Assembly: GCA_951406725.2 (NCBI GenBank)
Contig: OX597815.1
Span: forward strand, 111,290,001 to 111,354,000
DNA length: 64,000 bases
Direction: 5' to 3'
Source: Octopus vulgaris
Lineage: Eukaryota
The translations under genes and the position numbers were made by a program. Within the stretch, counting starts at the first letter, position 1; each line of letters starts with the position of its first letter. Below are positions 30,001 to 44,189 of this stretch, one piece after another. A model generated the notes under the pieces. That model was given only the letters and a program-made list of their open reading frames with translations, searched no databases and was not told the DNA's origin.

Positions 30001-31904
30001 GATGCACTTTAATAAGAATTTTTGTAGCTTCTCATAGTGCTCGTCTTTCCTAACCTGAGCTGAATTTGAATTATGGGACAGTTAATTCCACAAAATGTAT
30101 TATACTAAATTCTTCACACCTTATAGTTACATCCGATTGTTTTCCGTGCAAGTATTGAAAAGAGATGCTCACACCCCAAATCTTCTTCCACCTCCCAAAC
30201 TCCATCCGTGTTCCCGTTATTCACAATTTTCTCCTCTTTTAAGTGAAAAACGTGATAAACTGTTTACTATCATCTTTCGTATTCTTTTTTTTTGTTATCA
30301 GTAATTATTTCTATCTGCTTTTTATTAATATTATAAAGGAATTTGTTTGTATCTTAATGTATACTTTCCCAACACCAAATAGTAGTTAAATAGAATATGC
30401 TTTAGTATGCTACATTTGTTGTCATTCGTTATTTTGTATCTCGACAGATTGGGGAAAGTGATGGCTTGAAGAAGTAAGGTCAACAGTGATGTGCTCCATC
30501 AATAGATCTCATCCCAACCTACCTTCCTTCAGTAACTTCTTCTTCCCTCTTGGCCATTGCTGAGGGCATTGTAAAAAATTAAGTTCCCTTCTGTAGCTTT
30601 AACGCAGCACTAACTAATATTTGCCAATATTTTAAATGGATTACAACCAATACTGTTCTGGCTACATTTAATATATCCTACTAAGTCTCGACATTCTAAT
30701 GATGCTATTGTGTCACTGTGCTACATTTTCCTGTAACTTTGACATCGAGCAGATTGTCTCCTATTTTAACGCCTTCGCGTCCTTCCAACCCAGTATCACG
30801 ACAGTTTTCACATTTCTAGCTTTATCGATCTCAAAGCGGTTATAGAAACCCTCTGTTCCGATATAACGTTGAGCCCTTAATCGCTTAAAATGGCCCAAAC
30901 CATTTCTTGGTGTAAATACTGCATTTTCGCTCCAGGATATTGGGGTTCTCGATAGTGCTACTTCGTATAATAGCAGGTGCCAATCAATACGGTGATATAG
31001 CCCATACTGTAAACATCAGATCTACTATTTTTACCGTAGATTTGACTTAACCCATTCTAGATTTGTACCATGAACTCAACATTATTAAAATACATTCGTT
31101 GGTATTTGAAAATGCCAATAATATTAACGTGAAATTTTGCTTTTATGTTTCTAATTAAAACAATAATTGTAATGAATTCCCCCTCCAGAAAATGTGCAAT
31201 TTCAGCTTTATCTTTGAAATCATTTTATTTAAATGCTGTTTCTCCAAGTAGCTAGATGTTCACAGATTCAGTAATAAGGTCAATTTTATATCAAAATGTA
31301 TAGTTGTAAAATCAATAATAAACTAGTTGCGTCCAATTTGTAAATAGTGCCTTAGTACATATCCATTTGGTCTTTACAATTAAAATGAAACTTTTCAAAA
31401 TTTCCGGAGTTAATCAAGTAGATTATACGTTCAGCTATTGTTTTGTTATATTAGATTTATTAGTTTTGCTGTTTTCCAATACAGTTTCCTTGTTTGCAGA
31501 TACTGAAAATTCAATTAAAGGGTTAGTAACAAGAAAACAATGATAGAAATATTAACTTGCCTGTAATTTTCGATGGCACCTGAGCTAATTAATACCAAAT
31601 GTTCAGCATTCAATACAATTTCACATTTAATCTTTCAATAAATCTATCCTAAACATCTTTAAATGAAAGTTTTACGATTTAACTTCGAATGTAATCGATT
31701 ATAGATTTCATGATTTTCCAACTTTAGTACTTCATCTTCCTTTAAATTGTCGTGTTAAATGAATAGTAAAATTGTTTGTGAATTTATTTGGAACAAAACT
31801 GACTTCACAAAAGTTTCTCATGTGTGTGCATGAAAACTGCATAGCATAGGCTGTGCTAGTATAATTAATATATTGAGCCAAATAGTAACACATTAAAGTT
31901 ATGT

Positions 31905-32095
31905 CTATACTTGTTTCAAATTTTGGCACAAGGTCAATTTTTGGGTAGGTGACAAGTCGATTACATCAACCCAGTACTCAACTCAGCTGGTATTTCTTCA
32001 TTGAACATGAAACGATGAAAGGCAAAGTCGACATGGGTGGAATTTTAACCCAGAACGTAAAGCCGAACGAAATACCGCTAAGCATTTTGCCTGAC
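31905..32095 (-). mobile_element. SINE family A (diverged)
   Basis: GATGAAAGGCAAAGTCGAC..GGAATTT..CAGAACGTAAAG..GAAATACCGCTAAGCATTTTGCC. Confidence 0.82.
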
Positions 32096-33007
32096 TTCCT
32101 AAGGAATCAGCCACCTAACGGTCTTAAACTATGTCTGTATTGTGGTGAGATAGCATATGAGTTTAATTATCGATTCTAGGCAAGAAGGACAGGGATGGTT
32201 TCTCGGGTGTTTAAATCTATTAATATAAACACAAAATATACTCTAGATATATCATAGGCAGTAAGTGTGATCTTTGCAAGTATGCTGAGAATTCTGGAGA
32301 TTAACCTCTTCAGCGAAACATGGTGTTCACCAATTCTGTCATTACTTGTGACTACTGAATGAGGTATCAAATTTTAGTTAATAGACATGAAAGTAAATAA
32401 ATGAGTAAATTATCTAAGAGCTCACGTTGTGTATCTATGCTCATGTCCCTACTACGTTTGTATAATTGTGCAATGCTAAGGGACAAATTGAAGAGGGAAG
32501 CTGATGTCTGTTATTGTAACACGCACAGAAGCACCTAATCATAAATACAATCTCGTGCACACGAGAACACTTAGAAAACACATCACAACACACAATTGCT
32601 AGAATACATAAAAATTCATGAAAACTTTTGGCAACATGCAATCAGAGAATAACTTTAAAAGAGACAGTTCAATATATAAATATTCATATGACGTATTTTT
32701 ATGTCAATTCCAAGATTTCTTTGGAAATTACGTCTAACGGTATTATCTAGATCTTTGCCAACTATCTTTAAATTAATAAGCGTAATCTTAATGCAGTATA
32801 ATGCTAATAACTTAATAAAATATGTGACACTGTATCTTACCAAGTTTACGATATCATTGAATTTTAGTTTATTTTTTTAATTAACAAACGAGTGTTCATT
32901 GACCCTGTGCGTACAATGGTCACAATAACAGGATAATGGAATAGTGGAAAAAGCATTGATGGAATAATCCAGACAATTATTGCGGAGAACGCAAAGTAGA
33001 GAAATAA

Positions 33008-33064
33008 CGCCACGGGCATATGGCGTAGAGGTTAAGATTCCGAGTTCGATTCCAGGAAGAGAAG

Positions 33065-33141
<77 letters not shown>

Positions 33142-33262
33142 TATAATTATAATAATAATAATGACGATGATGATGATGATGATGATGCTAATAATAATGA
33201 TAATAATAATAAAAATATTATTAATAATAATGATAGTAATAATAATGATAATAATAATAATG

Positions 33263-33330
<68 letters not shown>

Positions 33331-33355
33331 GATTATGATGATGATGATGATAATA
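33008..33355 (+). mobile_element. tRNA-like head plus (AAT/GAT)n of the hammerhead-tail SINE family, tail absent
   Basis: GGGCATATGGCGTAGAGGTTAAG|ATTCCGAGTTCGATTCCAGG (A and B boxes, anticodon arm deleted), then about 290 bp of (AAT/GAT)n. Confidence 0.75.
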
Positions 33356-33990
33356 TTCAGTAATGATATCGGGATGGAGTTTGGGATTCAGTGATGATAC
33401 TGAGATGGCACACTTGAAAAGTGTGCCAAAGTCACTTTTAACAAAGAGAAATTGGTAAAGTCAAGTTCAATCGAATTAGATGTCGAAACAGTAATAAAGG
33501 AACTTGAGCAGGAACAAACCTCTAACCTAGGAATAAATGATGGCTCTGGTATCCAGCATGCAATCATGAAAGAGAAGTTTATGAAGGAATGTTATAGAAG
33601 AGTTCGAGCAGTCCTGAAGTCTGAGCTGAATGCATATAACAAGGTGTTAGCCATAAATTTCTTAGCTATCCCAGTTGTTCTTTATAACTTCAATGTGCTT
33701 AACTGGAATACCAGTGAAATAATGAAAACTGACAGAAAAATCCGCAAGCTACTGACTTGTAATAAGATACACCATACAAACGCAGATGTGGATCGTCTTT
33801 ACCTTCCCAGAGCCCTGGGAGGTCGAGGCTTGATCCAGCTTTAACTTACGTACAAAACCACCACAATCGGACTGGCCAAATACCTTGAAACAAGCAAATA
33901 TTGGATGCTAACACTTGATGAAAAACATGAAAAACCGAAAAAACTTCACTCTATTCTGAAAGCGTATGCTAGGTCAAAGATTATCGAACT
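33356..33990 (+). mobile_element. 5'-truncated R4/Dong-type fragment (RT end and thumb)
   Basis: FSNDIGMEFG, LEKCAKVTF, YRRVRAVLKSELNAYNKVLAIN..AIPV..Y.F..NW, DRKIRKLL, ADVDRLYLPR..GGRGLIQL. Homologous to the copy starting at 54255. Confidence 0.85.
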
Positions 33991-33994
33991 AATA

Positions 33995-34849
33995 CAAGGT
34001 GTCTCAAACGTCAATGAAGGGTTTCCATTTTTAATAACTTCCTTAACATTACAAATAAATGCATGACATTTTGATACAATATATGGAAATTAATAAGCAT
34101 AATGGAAATTAATAAGCACAAGTCAAACTTTGCAACACCACTACATCATGAGAAATGACATTGTTTAAAGGGGAGTCAATTCCGGCTTCGCAGCCCGTGT
34201 TCTTTCCAAAACGTGTATCGTAACACCCTCAAGAGTTTCAGATCTCACTTCTCTGATTTTACTATTGATGTTCTCCTTCAGTTGCACCTGGGTCTCCGGT
34301 TTGTCGACATAAACCCTCTTTCAAGTTTCCCCCAAAGAAAATATCCGGGCTAGTCAAGTCTTGGGAACATGAAGTCCAACAGCGGAAGATTATCCTCTAC
34401 TCAAAACAGTGTCATTGCAACTGCAATGTTTCTCTTGCGGTATGAGCAACTGTCCCATCTTGTGGGGTCTACTTTGAATGGCCGAGTGCATAAAGGTCTC
34501 AATCATGGATACCTGAAAGAGAGGCTTTACGTCAACAATCCAGAATCCCTGGGGCAACTGAAGGAGAACGTCAATAGAGAAATCAGAGAAGTGGGGCTTG
34601 AAACTCATGAGGTTGTTATGGTGCAAGTGTTGGAAAGTGCACGGGTGTGCGAAGCCGAAAATGGCTGCCATTTAAGCGATGCAATTTTTCATATGAGATG
34701 TAGTGCTGTTGCAAAATGTGACACATATTAATTTGTACATATTAATTTCCATTATGTACTTTATATTGTATCAAAATTTCATGCATTATTTGTAAAGATA
34801 AATATGTTATTAAAAATTAACATCCATCAGTGGACTTTAGAGCACACTG
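33995..34849. mobile_element. Fold-back Tc1/mariner derivative (rosa-like) made of two inverted 3' ends, TA TSD
   Basis: Arms of about 340 bp (about 33995-34330 versus 34508-34849). The right arm encodes GYLKERLYVNNPESLGQLKENVNREI..CEAENGCHL. The left arm, on minus, adds SQDLTSPD..WGNLK. TA at 33993-33994 and 34850-34851. Confidence 0.78.
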
Positions 34850-35704
34850 TATATACTTATTTATTAAATGAATACTGTACTTTTAATCACATTATAAAAT
34901 TTATTTAAGCTTGAAAGACATACAAAAATGTATATCAATAATGGAAAGACATTACCACAAAAATGGACCGACCGCATGATTTCTACATTATTGCTAGTGG
35001 GGTCCTTATCTCCCTTGTATTTAGAGCCGAATAATTGTTTTTGAAGGGGTATTATTATGAAATAAAACTCTTAGTTTTAAATTGTTGCTCCAAGCTATAC
35101 CATACACTATACTTCCATGTAGATATAACTATCTAGTATATAAACCGAGCTGATACAAGTACAGGATACTTCAGTACTAACAAGATTCGAAATAGCACTT
35201 GCCGGCAAATCTAAGTTCCATGAAATTACAAAGTGTTTAATTTAGCGAAACCTCTTTTTTGGATAACATATCGTCCACAGTTCTGAAGACTTTCTGAAAG
35301 CCCTTCCAAGAAATCAAATAACGAAATGTTATTTTTGATAAGTAGTCACCAGTAGTTAAAACGCATACAGCAAAATTCAACGCTATTTTGGTGCTATTGT
35401 ATGTAACGTGGATATCATTAACGAGGGAAGCATCAACGTTGATGGTATAATACTACTTTCATCAAGATAAGTACTCTTTTTAACCAGTATTTATGTGTCA
35501 TTCAGTGATTTATATCAATCGATAAATCATTTTGAGGAGTTTCAGCTCTGTATTCATTAAATGCGTCTAAAGTTGAGAGTGGATATACGAAATGCGGTAA
35601 TAAAAGAACTGAGTTTCAGGATTTCATATATTATTGTACGATGTAAATTCGGTTTCTAATCAATAAGATTTCACTTCTTTACTTTGAAAAGGTATATAAC
35701 TATA

Positions 35705-36979
35705 CACAGACGTGCAGGAAGTAAATAGACACGTTTAAGTTTCAAAATTTTCCGATCTAAGCATCTTAATATGTCTTTAGCGGCGTAGAATTTACAATGT
35801 AATTATTCATTTTCATTCCAGGTGCCATTACATTAAACAATTGCGAATAGTAACCATGCCCCGTACAAAAAATTCAGCAGAGCTGTCAGAGTTTCAAATA
35901 GATCGTATTGTTGGGCAATCTGAGGCTGGTCTTAGCCAGCGAAAAATTGCTGAAATTCTTCTAATTCCTCTTACTACTTTTAATAGAATTATAGTGCAAT
36001 TCTAAAGCTAAGGAAAAGAATCGACAGATTCTCGTCCCGGCCGACCTTGGCCTTCGGAAAGGAAGCTTCGCTGTTTGAAGAGATTTGTGGAAAACGAGCC
36101 CCGTTCGAAGGCTTCTGACATTGCAAAACAGCTAGAAGTTAGTCCAAGAACATGTATTACATATCTGCATAAACTTGGGTATTATGGACCAGCAGCTAGA
36201 AGAAAATTCTCCTTCAATCAATTAATATTATGAAAAGAAAGAAATGGGCTAAGGAGATGTAAGAAAAATCCAGTTCATTTTGGGATAGAGTGATTTTCTC
36301 TGATGAATCCAGATTTGCATTATTTTCACACAGTGGACGTGTCTGGGTCTGAAGGCTTCCCAATCAAGAATTTGATTTGAAACGCCTCCAACCAACTGTG
36401 AAACATGGCGGTATCTTTGTAATGGTATGCGGAGCTGTCACCAGCAATGGTCATTCTGAGCTGATCGAATGCATTGTAACCATACACTCTTAAAAATACA
36501 TCGAAATATTTAAACAAGGACTACTTCCGATGTATTCACACGATAACAGAACGAAACAGGAATTTTATTCATGGAAGATGGGGCACCATGCCGCACAGTG
36601 AAAAGGAATCAACAATGGCTATTTGAAAATGGGATCAAAAAGCTTCCCTGGCCGAGCCAATCTCCTGGCATGAACTTAACTGAAAATCTTTGGAGCATAC
36701 TAGATAGAGCTATACGAAAAACCCGACAGAAACCTAAATCTAAAGATGAATTGTTTCGATTGTTGCGTGAAAAGTGGGCAGAAATTCCACAAGAGACAAT
36801 CACAGAGCTCATCAGTTCAATACCAAAAAGAGTTTCTGAATTAAAAACTGCAAAGTGTATGCCAACAAAATATAAAGTATGAAGTCCTACCTATCGATTA
36901 CATTTCAATTGTTCACTTTGCGTATTAAATAAAAGATTTTGAAAATTAAAGGTGTCTATTTACTTCCTGCATGTCTGTG
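35705..36979 (+). mobile_element. Full-length Tc1 (DD34E) DNA transposon, 1275 bp
   Basis: TIRs CACAGACGTGCAGGAAGTAAATAGACAC and GTGTCTATTTACTTCCTGCATGTCTGTG; TA TSD at 35703-35704 and 36980-36981. Confidence 0.95.
35856..36882 (+). pseudogene. Disrupted Tc1 transposase
   Basis: [29 protein letters not shown] (paired-type HTH), RPGRP, VIFSDESRF, then EDGAPC..WPSQSPGMNLTENLW with 34 residues between D and E. Several stops and frameshifts. Confidence 0.92.
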
Positions 36980-39900
36980 TATTCCCTTGAAATCTAAAGA
37001 TTTTAAGTAAGCCAAACCAATTATTTAGTTCCGTTAAGGTTAAATGGATATTAGTAGTAAGCATTTGTAAAGCAAACAGCAAGATGAAAGCGTGTCGGCA
37101 TCACAATTTAGCTTCAATTGTTGGTTTATACACATTTAAATCATTTAACAACATAACAACTTTACAATAGATTACGAACGAAATTAATTTATGGGGCTGA
37201 ATGTAAAGCTTAAATCAGATGATTTATTTGTAGCGGAGAAACAGAACTAGTTGACTGTGTGACTTCTCTTAATTGTAAACTCAAACTTATTGCGTTTAAG
37301 CTTACTGAGAATTTTTCAATCTCACTAGCTTCGATACATATTGTGTAGAACATTCAAATGAATCAATCAAAGAATTAAAAAAAATTAATCCACATCACAA
37401 CTTTTCATCTATATTTTTCAATACAAATTACTATTCTTATTACTTTTAGATAAGATGTAATATTTCTTCTGTTTGATAAATCTACGTAATTAATAAACAT
37501 TGATTCTTAGAATAATTAAATTCTAATCTAGCACTTGACGTCAGTTTCTTTGAATTCAATGTAAATTCCAGCCTGCTATTCAAACAAAGCTGTTCAAAGG
37601 TTCATTATTGTTATCTATACTACAACTCGTGTGATTTAGAATGAAATAAAGGAAAGTAAATAGTAATAGTGAAAAAGTAAAAATTTATTTATCTTCAAAA
37701 TAGATAGCTTTTAATATAGACGTTCAAAATTGAACATTCATTCTTATTGAAAATTGAGGTCAAGATGTTTGAACGGTTTTCCTTCCCTCCAGTTAGTAGT
37801 GCTGCTAAGCTGAAATCGGTGGACAAGTATGTCAGATTAAAATGATGAGAAAACTTTGTGTCAGATTGTTACACGGATCATATAGCAGTTTTATGTGTGG
37901 GAGAAAACATATATATCTATCTGTAAAACTGCTTTGCACTGCTTTAAGAATGTTCTGCAGTAATTTTAATTTAGGTAGTCGAATAAAACGTGTTTTGAAT
38001 GACGAACTATTTGAAATACCTGTGGTATCAGATGAAATAAAACATCATATATTCCATAAGTATCATTTATGGAGAAGAAATATGGAGGCAGAATCATATA
38101 TTCAGGTACATTTATGAATGGGCACTGGTCTAATATCTTAGACAATAATGTTAACAGCCAATATCATTTGTCTGTGTAATATACTGGAGAATTATCACTA
38201 TAACTGAAGTTATGCATTATCAAAAATATCATCTATCAATTTTAACCTCGTTCTGTATGCCCTCAATGGGCCGATGAATCTCATAAGAACACGAGCTCTT
38301 GGTTACGAGAATCAGTAAACAAATTTGTGCTGCATTTCTCATATGACCGCAAATACACAAGAGCGTGTGATGTTGTGAGACACGCTGTTCTGTTGAGTAG
38401 CGTCGACCAACATGATTCTGAATGAGGTTTAAATCCCTGTGTTTCGAACTACCATTACACCAGTGAATTATATTTTGAAAAAAATATTTTGTCTGAAAGG
38501 AAGAGGTTTTCTTATTTGAGGAAAAACCAGATCAATCTGATATCGTAATTAGAGAACAGGTTTATTAAAAAATTCCATGTGATCCCTGTCTGATGCGATA
38601 TTTATATGTGCTTTTATACACCATGCATCCATTTGAAAGGACCTCTGAAGACAATTAACAAACTATTCAGCGTTCTAACAATGTATCTACGTTAAGTTGG
38701 ATTCAAGGCTTACCTTTCGGTTTTTATACTGCTTTCTACTGCTTTCCTTGTTGACATCTATTTTTCAATAAGCCTGCTGACTCTTTGCGTCATTAGTTAC
38801 CGAAAGACACTGGTATTATATATATATCGTTAGCAGGGTGATTTGGCTGATATGCATTGAAGAAGCGCACTGAAGAGGCGCCGCTCATTGTCATCACGGG
38901 ATCTCACTTCCGGCACCATGACAGAGGATTCACATCTGCTACGATATATGCTTTACTCTTACTACCGTACGTCTATATCACAGGACGTCTCAAAAAGAAT
39001 ATCGCAGTATTCGGCTTTCGAACAATACAGTCCTTTAAATTTGGATAATACGATAGTATTTTTGCTTATGCACACAGGAGGACATTCCACTCAGCTTTCG
39101 TCCATTATTTCACATGCAAAGCTTTGCATAACATGGAAATATAGTAGAAACGAGTTTGTTAAGTTGGTGGGCTGACCTTAAAACTTATGTTTGGGAAGCG
39201 TACACCTTGTACAAAGCCATGGTGCGTATATGTGTGTAGTTAAGGCTGTGTGTGGATGAGTGTGCTTGTATACAAGTCTCTTAGCCTACCTTTGTCTGTT
39301 AGATGTTATTTTTTTAATTTCCTTAGTGCATGTGTATCATGCTACATGAATGCACATCATTTTTGTCATCAAATCAATAATTGCGGACTGATATTCATAA
39401 ACGTCAGACAATATTGATTACGTAATTATGCGGTATATATATTATGGATTACACTCCATATTCAATCTCATAATAGTCATATTTAATTGAAATTTCCTTT
39501 TAGCTGAACGATAATTTATTTTAAAATTAGAAACAATATATAATCAAACGACTATTTGTCGAAGAAACCATTCGAAAACATCAAAAACAAGATATATTTT
39601 CAAAAGTAAACTAATCTATTCTTTTTCAACATAATCATCGTAAATTTTGCCAAGGAAATTATTCGACACTTTTATCTCATTAATTTAATGTTGGTTATTT
39701 ATTTTGTTTCATTTTATTGCTCATTATCCCAAATATTTGGTTTAATGTGAATGAATAGATAATTATGCTTTCATAATAGTTTTTCTAATATACACATATT
39801 TTTGTTTGATATTTGATATACTTGCATACTATTGTTACATCACCCTTAACAGATTTAATGCACGCTTTGAAAAATTTATTTCCATATTTCACAATAAGAA

Positions 39901-40911
39901 AATGAGTTTATAACTTTGTTCATCAAGTAGAATTGTTGAAATTGGACAGCTACTGGTCTTTCTATTCATATCTATTAGTCCTGTCATTCACATTACTCTT
40001 AAACTAACTTAATGGTTAGTACGGATCATTGACTTGTGTATTCAAAAGATGTTATTATTTGATATGGACAAGCGAATCTGTTTTAAGGTTATATATTCAA
40101 TGTCCACGTTTCACAAGACAGATGCCTGACTGCATGTTAGTAAACAAGTATGCATTACTTATAGGACTTAATGTTGAAATCTGATGCAATATATATACAT
40201 AAAGTAGATCCAATTAAATATATTGAGTTCGTATTTCTATAACTGACAGATAAAGAGCTTAAAATCACCGATGCTTTGAGATTAAAAATTAAACACTACA
40301 ATTTATTCATTATACATTTAAGATCTTACCCTGCTGCAGAACCTTGTCACAATTAATATGTAATGAATCGTTGATTAAGTACAAGACCAAAGATTAATGA
40401 ATATCAATTCGTTTAAATCTGCTTCACCGTATGATTAATTAGTATTTAATTTATCACATGCAGTTAAAACGCAAACATTCAGGGAATATTTGAAGTCAGA
40501 AACAGAGAAGGAAATCATTACTGAATAGTATTATAATTAGTAAATATATAAACATTACAGTACAGAGCCAATGTGAATATCCAACACTTTCATGCACAGA
40601 TAGATGTAATCTGGTGATTTCAATTGGAAAACTTAATTATATTTGTTAGGGAAAATGAAAGGGTATTAGAAGTTTTGGGGTGATTGATAAACTCCCCATA
40701 TATAGAGTGTTCGATAACATTATAATAGCTAATCGAGTATAGGAGGAGATCAAATTATATAAGTGAATACTTGTTGTTAAGATGGTTAAATGATTTTAAT
40801 TGAAAATGTCAAAAATGAAATTGAAGTTATACTAATACGCCAATAATTAAAAAGAACTAAATAAGATTTCGTTTAACTGTTTGTCATGCAAAACATGCAC
40901 ATTTATTCAGA

Positions 40912-41143
40912 TACTCTCTTTTTACACTATCTTTTACTTGTGTCAGTCATTTGACTGCAGCCATCCTGCAGCACTGCCTTTAGTCGAGAAAATCAACCCC
41001 AGGACTTATTCTTTTAAAGCCTAGTACTTATTCTTTCGGACTCTTTTGCCGAACCGGTAAGTTACGGGGACGTGAACACACCAGCGTCGGTTATCAAGCG
41101 ATGTTGGGGAGACAAACACAGACACTCAAACATATACACACTC

Positions 41144-41199
<56 letters not shown>

Positions 41200-41362
41200 G
41201 ACAGGTTTCTTTCAGTTTCCGTCTACCAAATCCACTCACAAGGCTTTGGTCGGCCCGAGGCTATAGTAGAAGACACTTGCCCAAGGTGCCAGGCAGTGGG
41301 ACTGAACCCGCAACCATGTGGTTTGTAAGCAAGCTACTTACTACACAGCCACTCCTACGCCT
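40912..41362 (-). mobile_element. SINE family B
   Basis: Reverse complement of 16696-17109, full length. Confidence 0.9.
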
Positions 41363-41904
41363 ATATACAATTCTTTTGTGTAAATACTATAAGTCATAGA
41401 CTAAATGCATTAAAATTTTTCCTATACTTAATTTTATCAAGGTATTTATTCAAACAGCTGCATATGCAATTTAAAATAATTGCATATTTTAATATAAAGA
41501 ACAAAGTCTACGCGAGACATCCATTAAAATTTAAAGATACCACATAAAAATGTTTTCACAGCAATGTCTCTCATATATCAATTCGTCCTGAACAGCCTAA
41601 GAAGTGCTAATTGAGCTGTCGAACTCCTCACAAAAATTAGCCAATAAAATTTAACAAAATGTAAAGGGCAAATTATGTATTAAAAATCCAAAATTTACAT
41701 GGGCGGCAATTTCCAATATTACATCTGGAATTACATAAATATAACCGAAATATTTTTAACTGTCACCTGATTTTGATTCGTTAAACTTTCTTTATTATCT
41801 GCATATTCGCTAACATATTCATATACCATTTGTGAGACAAAATATATGCTTGTATTTAGGTATTTTTGTGCGCTTGCACACACGCACACACACATACAGA
41901 TATA

Positions 41905-42616
41905 TATGTATCTGTGGAGGTGGTGATTTATGCTTCCATTGCTTCGACTGGACATTAGTCTCAGAATAATAGAGACGGTCCCACGTTTCATTTTAAGTGA
42001 TACGTTAACCGAAAGCTCCTCCCCTTTTCTTGGCACATTATCAAATGAGCTTAGGCTCAATTGAATCGTTCCTGCTTCTGTAAAGGTGTGAGTATCCGGG
42101 GAATCCATCGTGCAAACAACTTCCACATGTGGAAATGATCATGAATGAATTTTTCCACGGGCTCTACACATATCTTCACTTTTTGAACTGGTTGCCGAAC
42201 ATCTATGTGGTGATCCTCGAAAATGGCAGTTTACACTTTTGGAATGGTGCCAGCGTCAATGGCGGAATGTGATTGCTCAGGAATAGGAGCGGTTTCTACC
42301 GATGTTCGACCACATTTGAATAGGCGATGCCAGTAATTGACAACGTCGTGTGATGTTGCACCGTCACCATAAAACTCTTTCTTCTCATTAGAAATTCTCT
42401 TTTGGTGTACGACCTTTCAAGTATAAGAACCTGATCACTGATCAGCATTCAACTGCCTTTATTATAATACCTTTGTCCACTTCAGCAGTCGTAAAATACA
42501 AGCGCATACTAGTGGAAAGCTGCAATTTACAATGTGGCATGTAATGACCTGTACAAGCTCCGCTTCCTACAGTAACCGGAAGTGGTTCAGAGGAAGTCTT
42601 AAATGAACGCCCTTCG
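41905..42616 (-). mobile_element. mariner 5' half (TIR plus decayed transposase N-terminus)
   Basis: Minus strand starts TA|CGAAGGGCGTTCA (TIR). It encodes VIRFLYLKG.TPKE, YGD, WHRLFKCGRTSVE, ARWIPRILT and ETW..YYSET..QSKQW, then ends at a microsatellite. Confidence 0.82.
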
Positions 42617-42669
42617 TATGTATGTATGTATGTATGTATGTATGTATGTATGTATGTATGTATGTATAT

Positions 42670-42700
<31 letters not shown>

Positions 42701-42719
42701 CATATACAAATACATATAC

Positions 42720-42751
<32 letters not shown>

Positions 42752-43448
42752 ATGCGTCTAGCACGGTAGGTGGAATTTAATTTTCAGAAAATGATTTCAT
42801 TTAATTAGTAACATTGGGAATGTTTCTGGAAACGCAATAACATTGCAACAGACCACATATAACACTCTCCATTATCTTACTAAAAACTCATCATCTATCA
42901 AGAATTTACTTTCTACAATCTATTATTTATAAATTACCTTTTCGAATCCACCAAGATCCATTTTCGGCTGTTTACATTCAAATGTTCCAAACATATTTCG
43001 CTTACCTTAGAGAATAAAAGGTTTTCTGTTTTTGCTTGTGCATTAAAATTCTTTTGAATCATAATCATAAATCTAATCATAAATCCGTATATTTTGGTAA
43101 TCTATTCTGGTCCTTGTAATTAATTTGCACAAATTTCGCACGGATATTTTAGCAATATTTGAGAAATCAAATTTTGTAAAGTAAATAATTTAATTACCAG
43201 ATCCGAATTTCTAAATAAACGCTTAAAGACATAACAGATAGCACATTAAAGAAATATATCAGCAATATATTTAGATGTTTACGGAATATTGTTCGAAGAA
43301 TATAGTTAGTTCTTTTAAACAACGAGCTATAATTCGTATTGTATATCTATCTATCTATTTATGTCTTTCTTTATATATACATATACATACATACATACAT
43401 ACATACATACATACATACATACATACACACACACACATACACACACAC

Positions 43449-43480
<32 letters not shown>

Positions 43481-43715
43481 ATATATATGTATATAATAAC
43501 AATTATAACGAAGGGTAAATTTAATTAATTATGAAGTAATCAATAATTTCACCAAGTAGAATTCGGCATGAAAAAAGAAGCATTTCACGGTAAACTTAAG
43601 TAATACTTTATAATTAGGTTCAGCAAAGATTTGCTTTACCACATACCGAAGTTTTGAAATAGCAGCCAAAAAACCTTAGCTATTTCTTCTACTTTAAAAA
43701 GGGACTCCCAGATCA

Positions 43716-43802
43716 CCCATGTACGCGTTTCGGAATTAGATCGGATCGGTATAATGAATATAGAATTATACTTTACCCAACCATTTGCTTCATCAGCATG
43801 GG
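43716..43802 (-). ncRNA. Type I hammerhead ribozyme motif
   Basis: Stem I CCCATG/CATGGG, CTGATGA, long stem II closed by GCAA/TTCC, GAAA, palindromic stem III ACGCGT, triplet GUA. Confidence 0.8.
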
Positions 43803-43928
43803 ACTTCAACAATATTAAATTCGAAGGCACTGGAAGAATTGAACGTATCTCTCCACCTAACGGTATCAGACAGATCATGTTCAGTGTTAGTACCGCCGAA
43901 TTCAAAATACGAATGAGGTTCTGATGAG

Positions 43929-44007
43929 GTGCTGATGAAGGAAATGGTTGGGTAAAATATAATTCTATATTCTTTATACCGGTCTAATTACGAAACGCGT
44001 ACATGGG
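43929..44007 (+). ncRNA. Type I hammerhead ribozyme motif (stem I 5' strand truncated)
   Basis: GTG-CTGATGA-A-GGAA...TTAC-GAAA-CGCG-TA-CATGGG. Confidence 0.7.
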
Positions 44008-44189
44008 TGATCAGATATAGATTGATTTTCGTTATTTTTCCTCTCTGCTTGCGTGGATTGTTTTCAAGTATTGTGTTTTTCTGGGAGTCCCTTTTTAAAG
44101 TAGAAGAAATAGCTAAGGTTTTTTGGCTGATATTTCCAAACTTCGGTATGTGGTAAAGCAAATCTTTGCTGAACTCTTGTTATAAAGTA

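Noticed and set aside
38857-39000. Slightly GC-rich patch with CACTTCCGG (ETS-like) and a CTGAAGA
   Set aside because: No downstream gene, and no GAAA or stems to complete a hammerhead; single short motifs are expected by chance.
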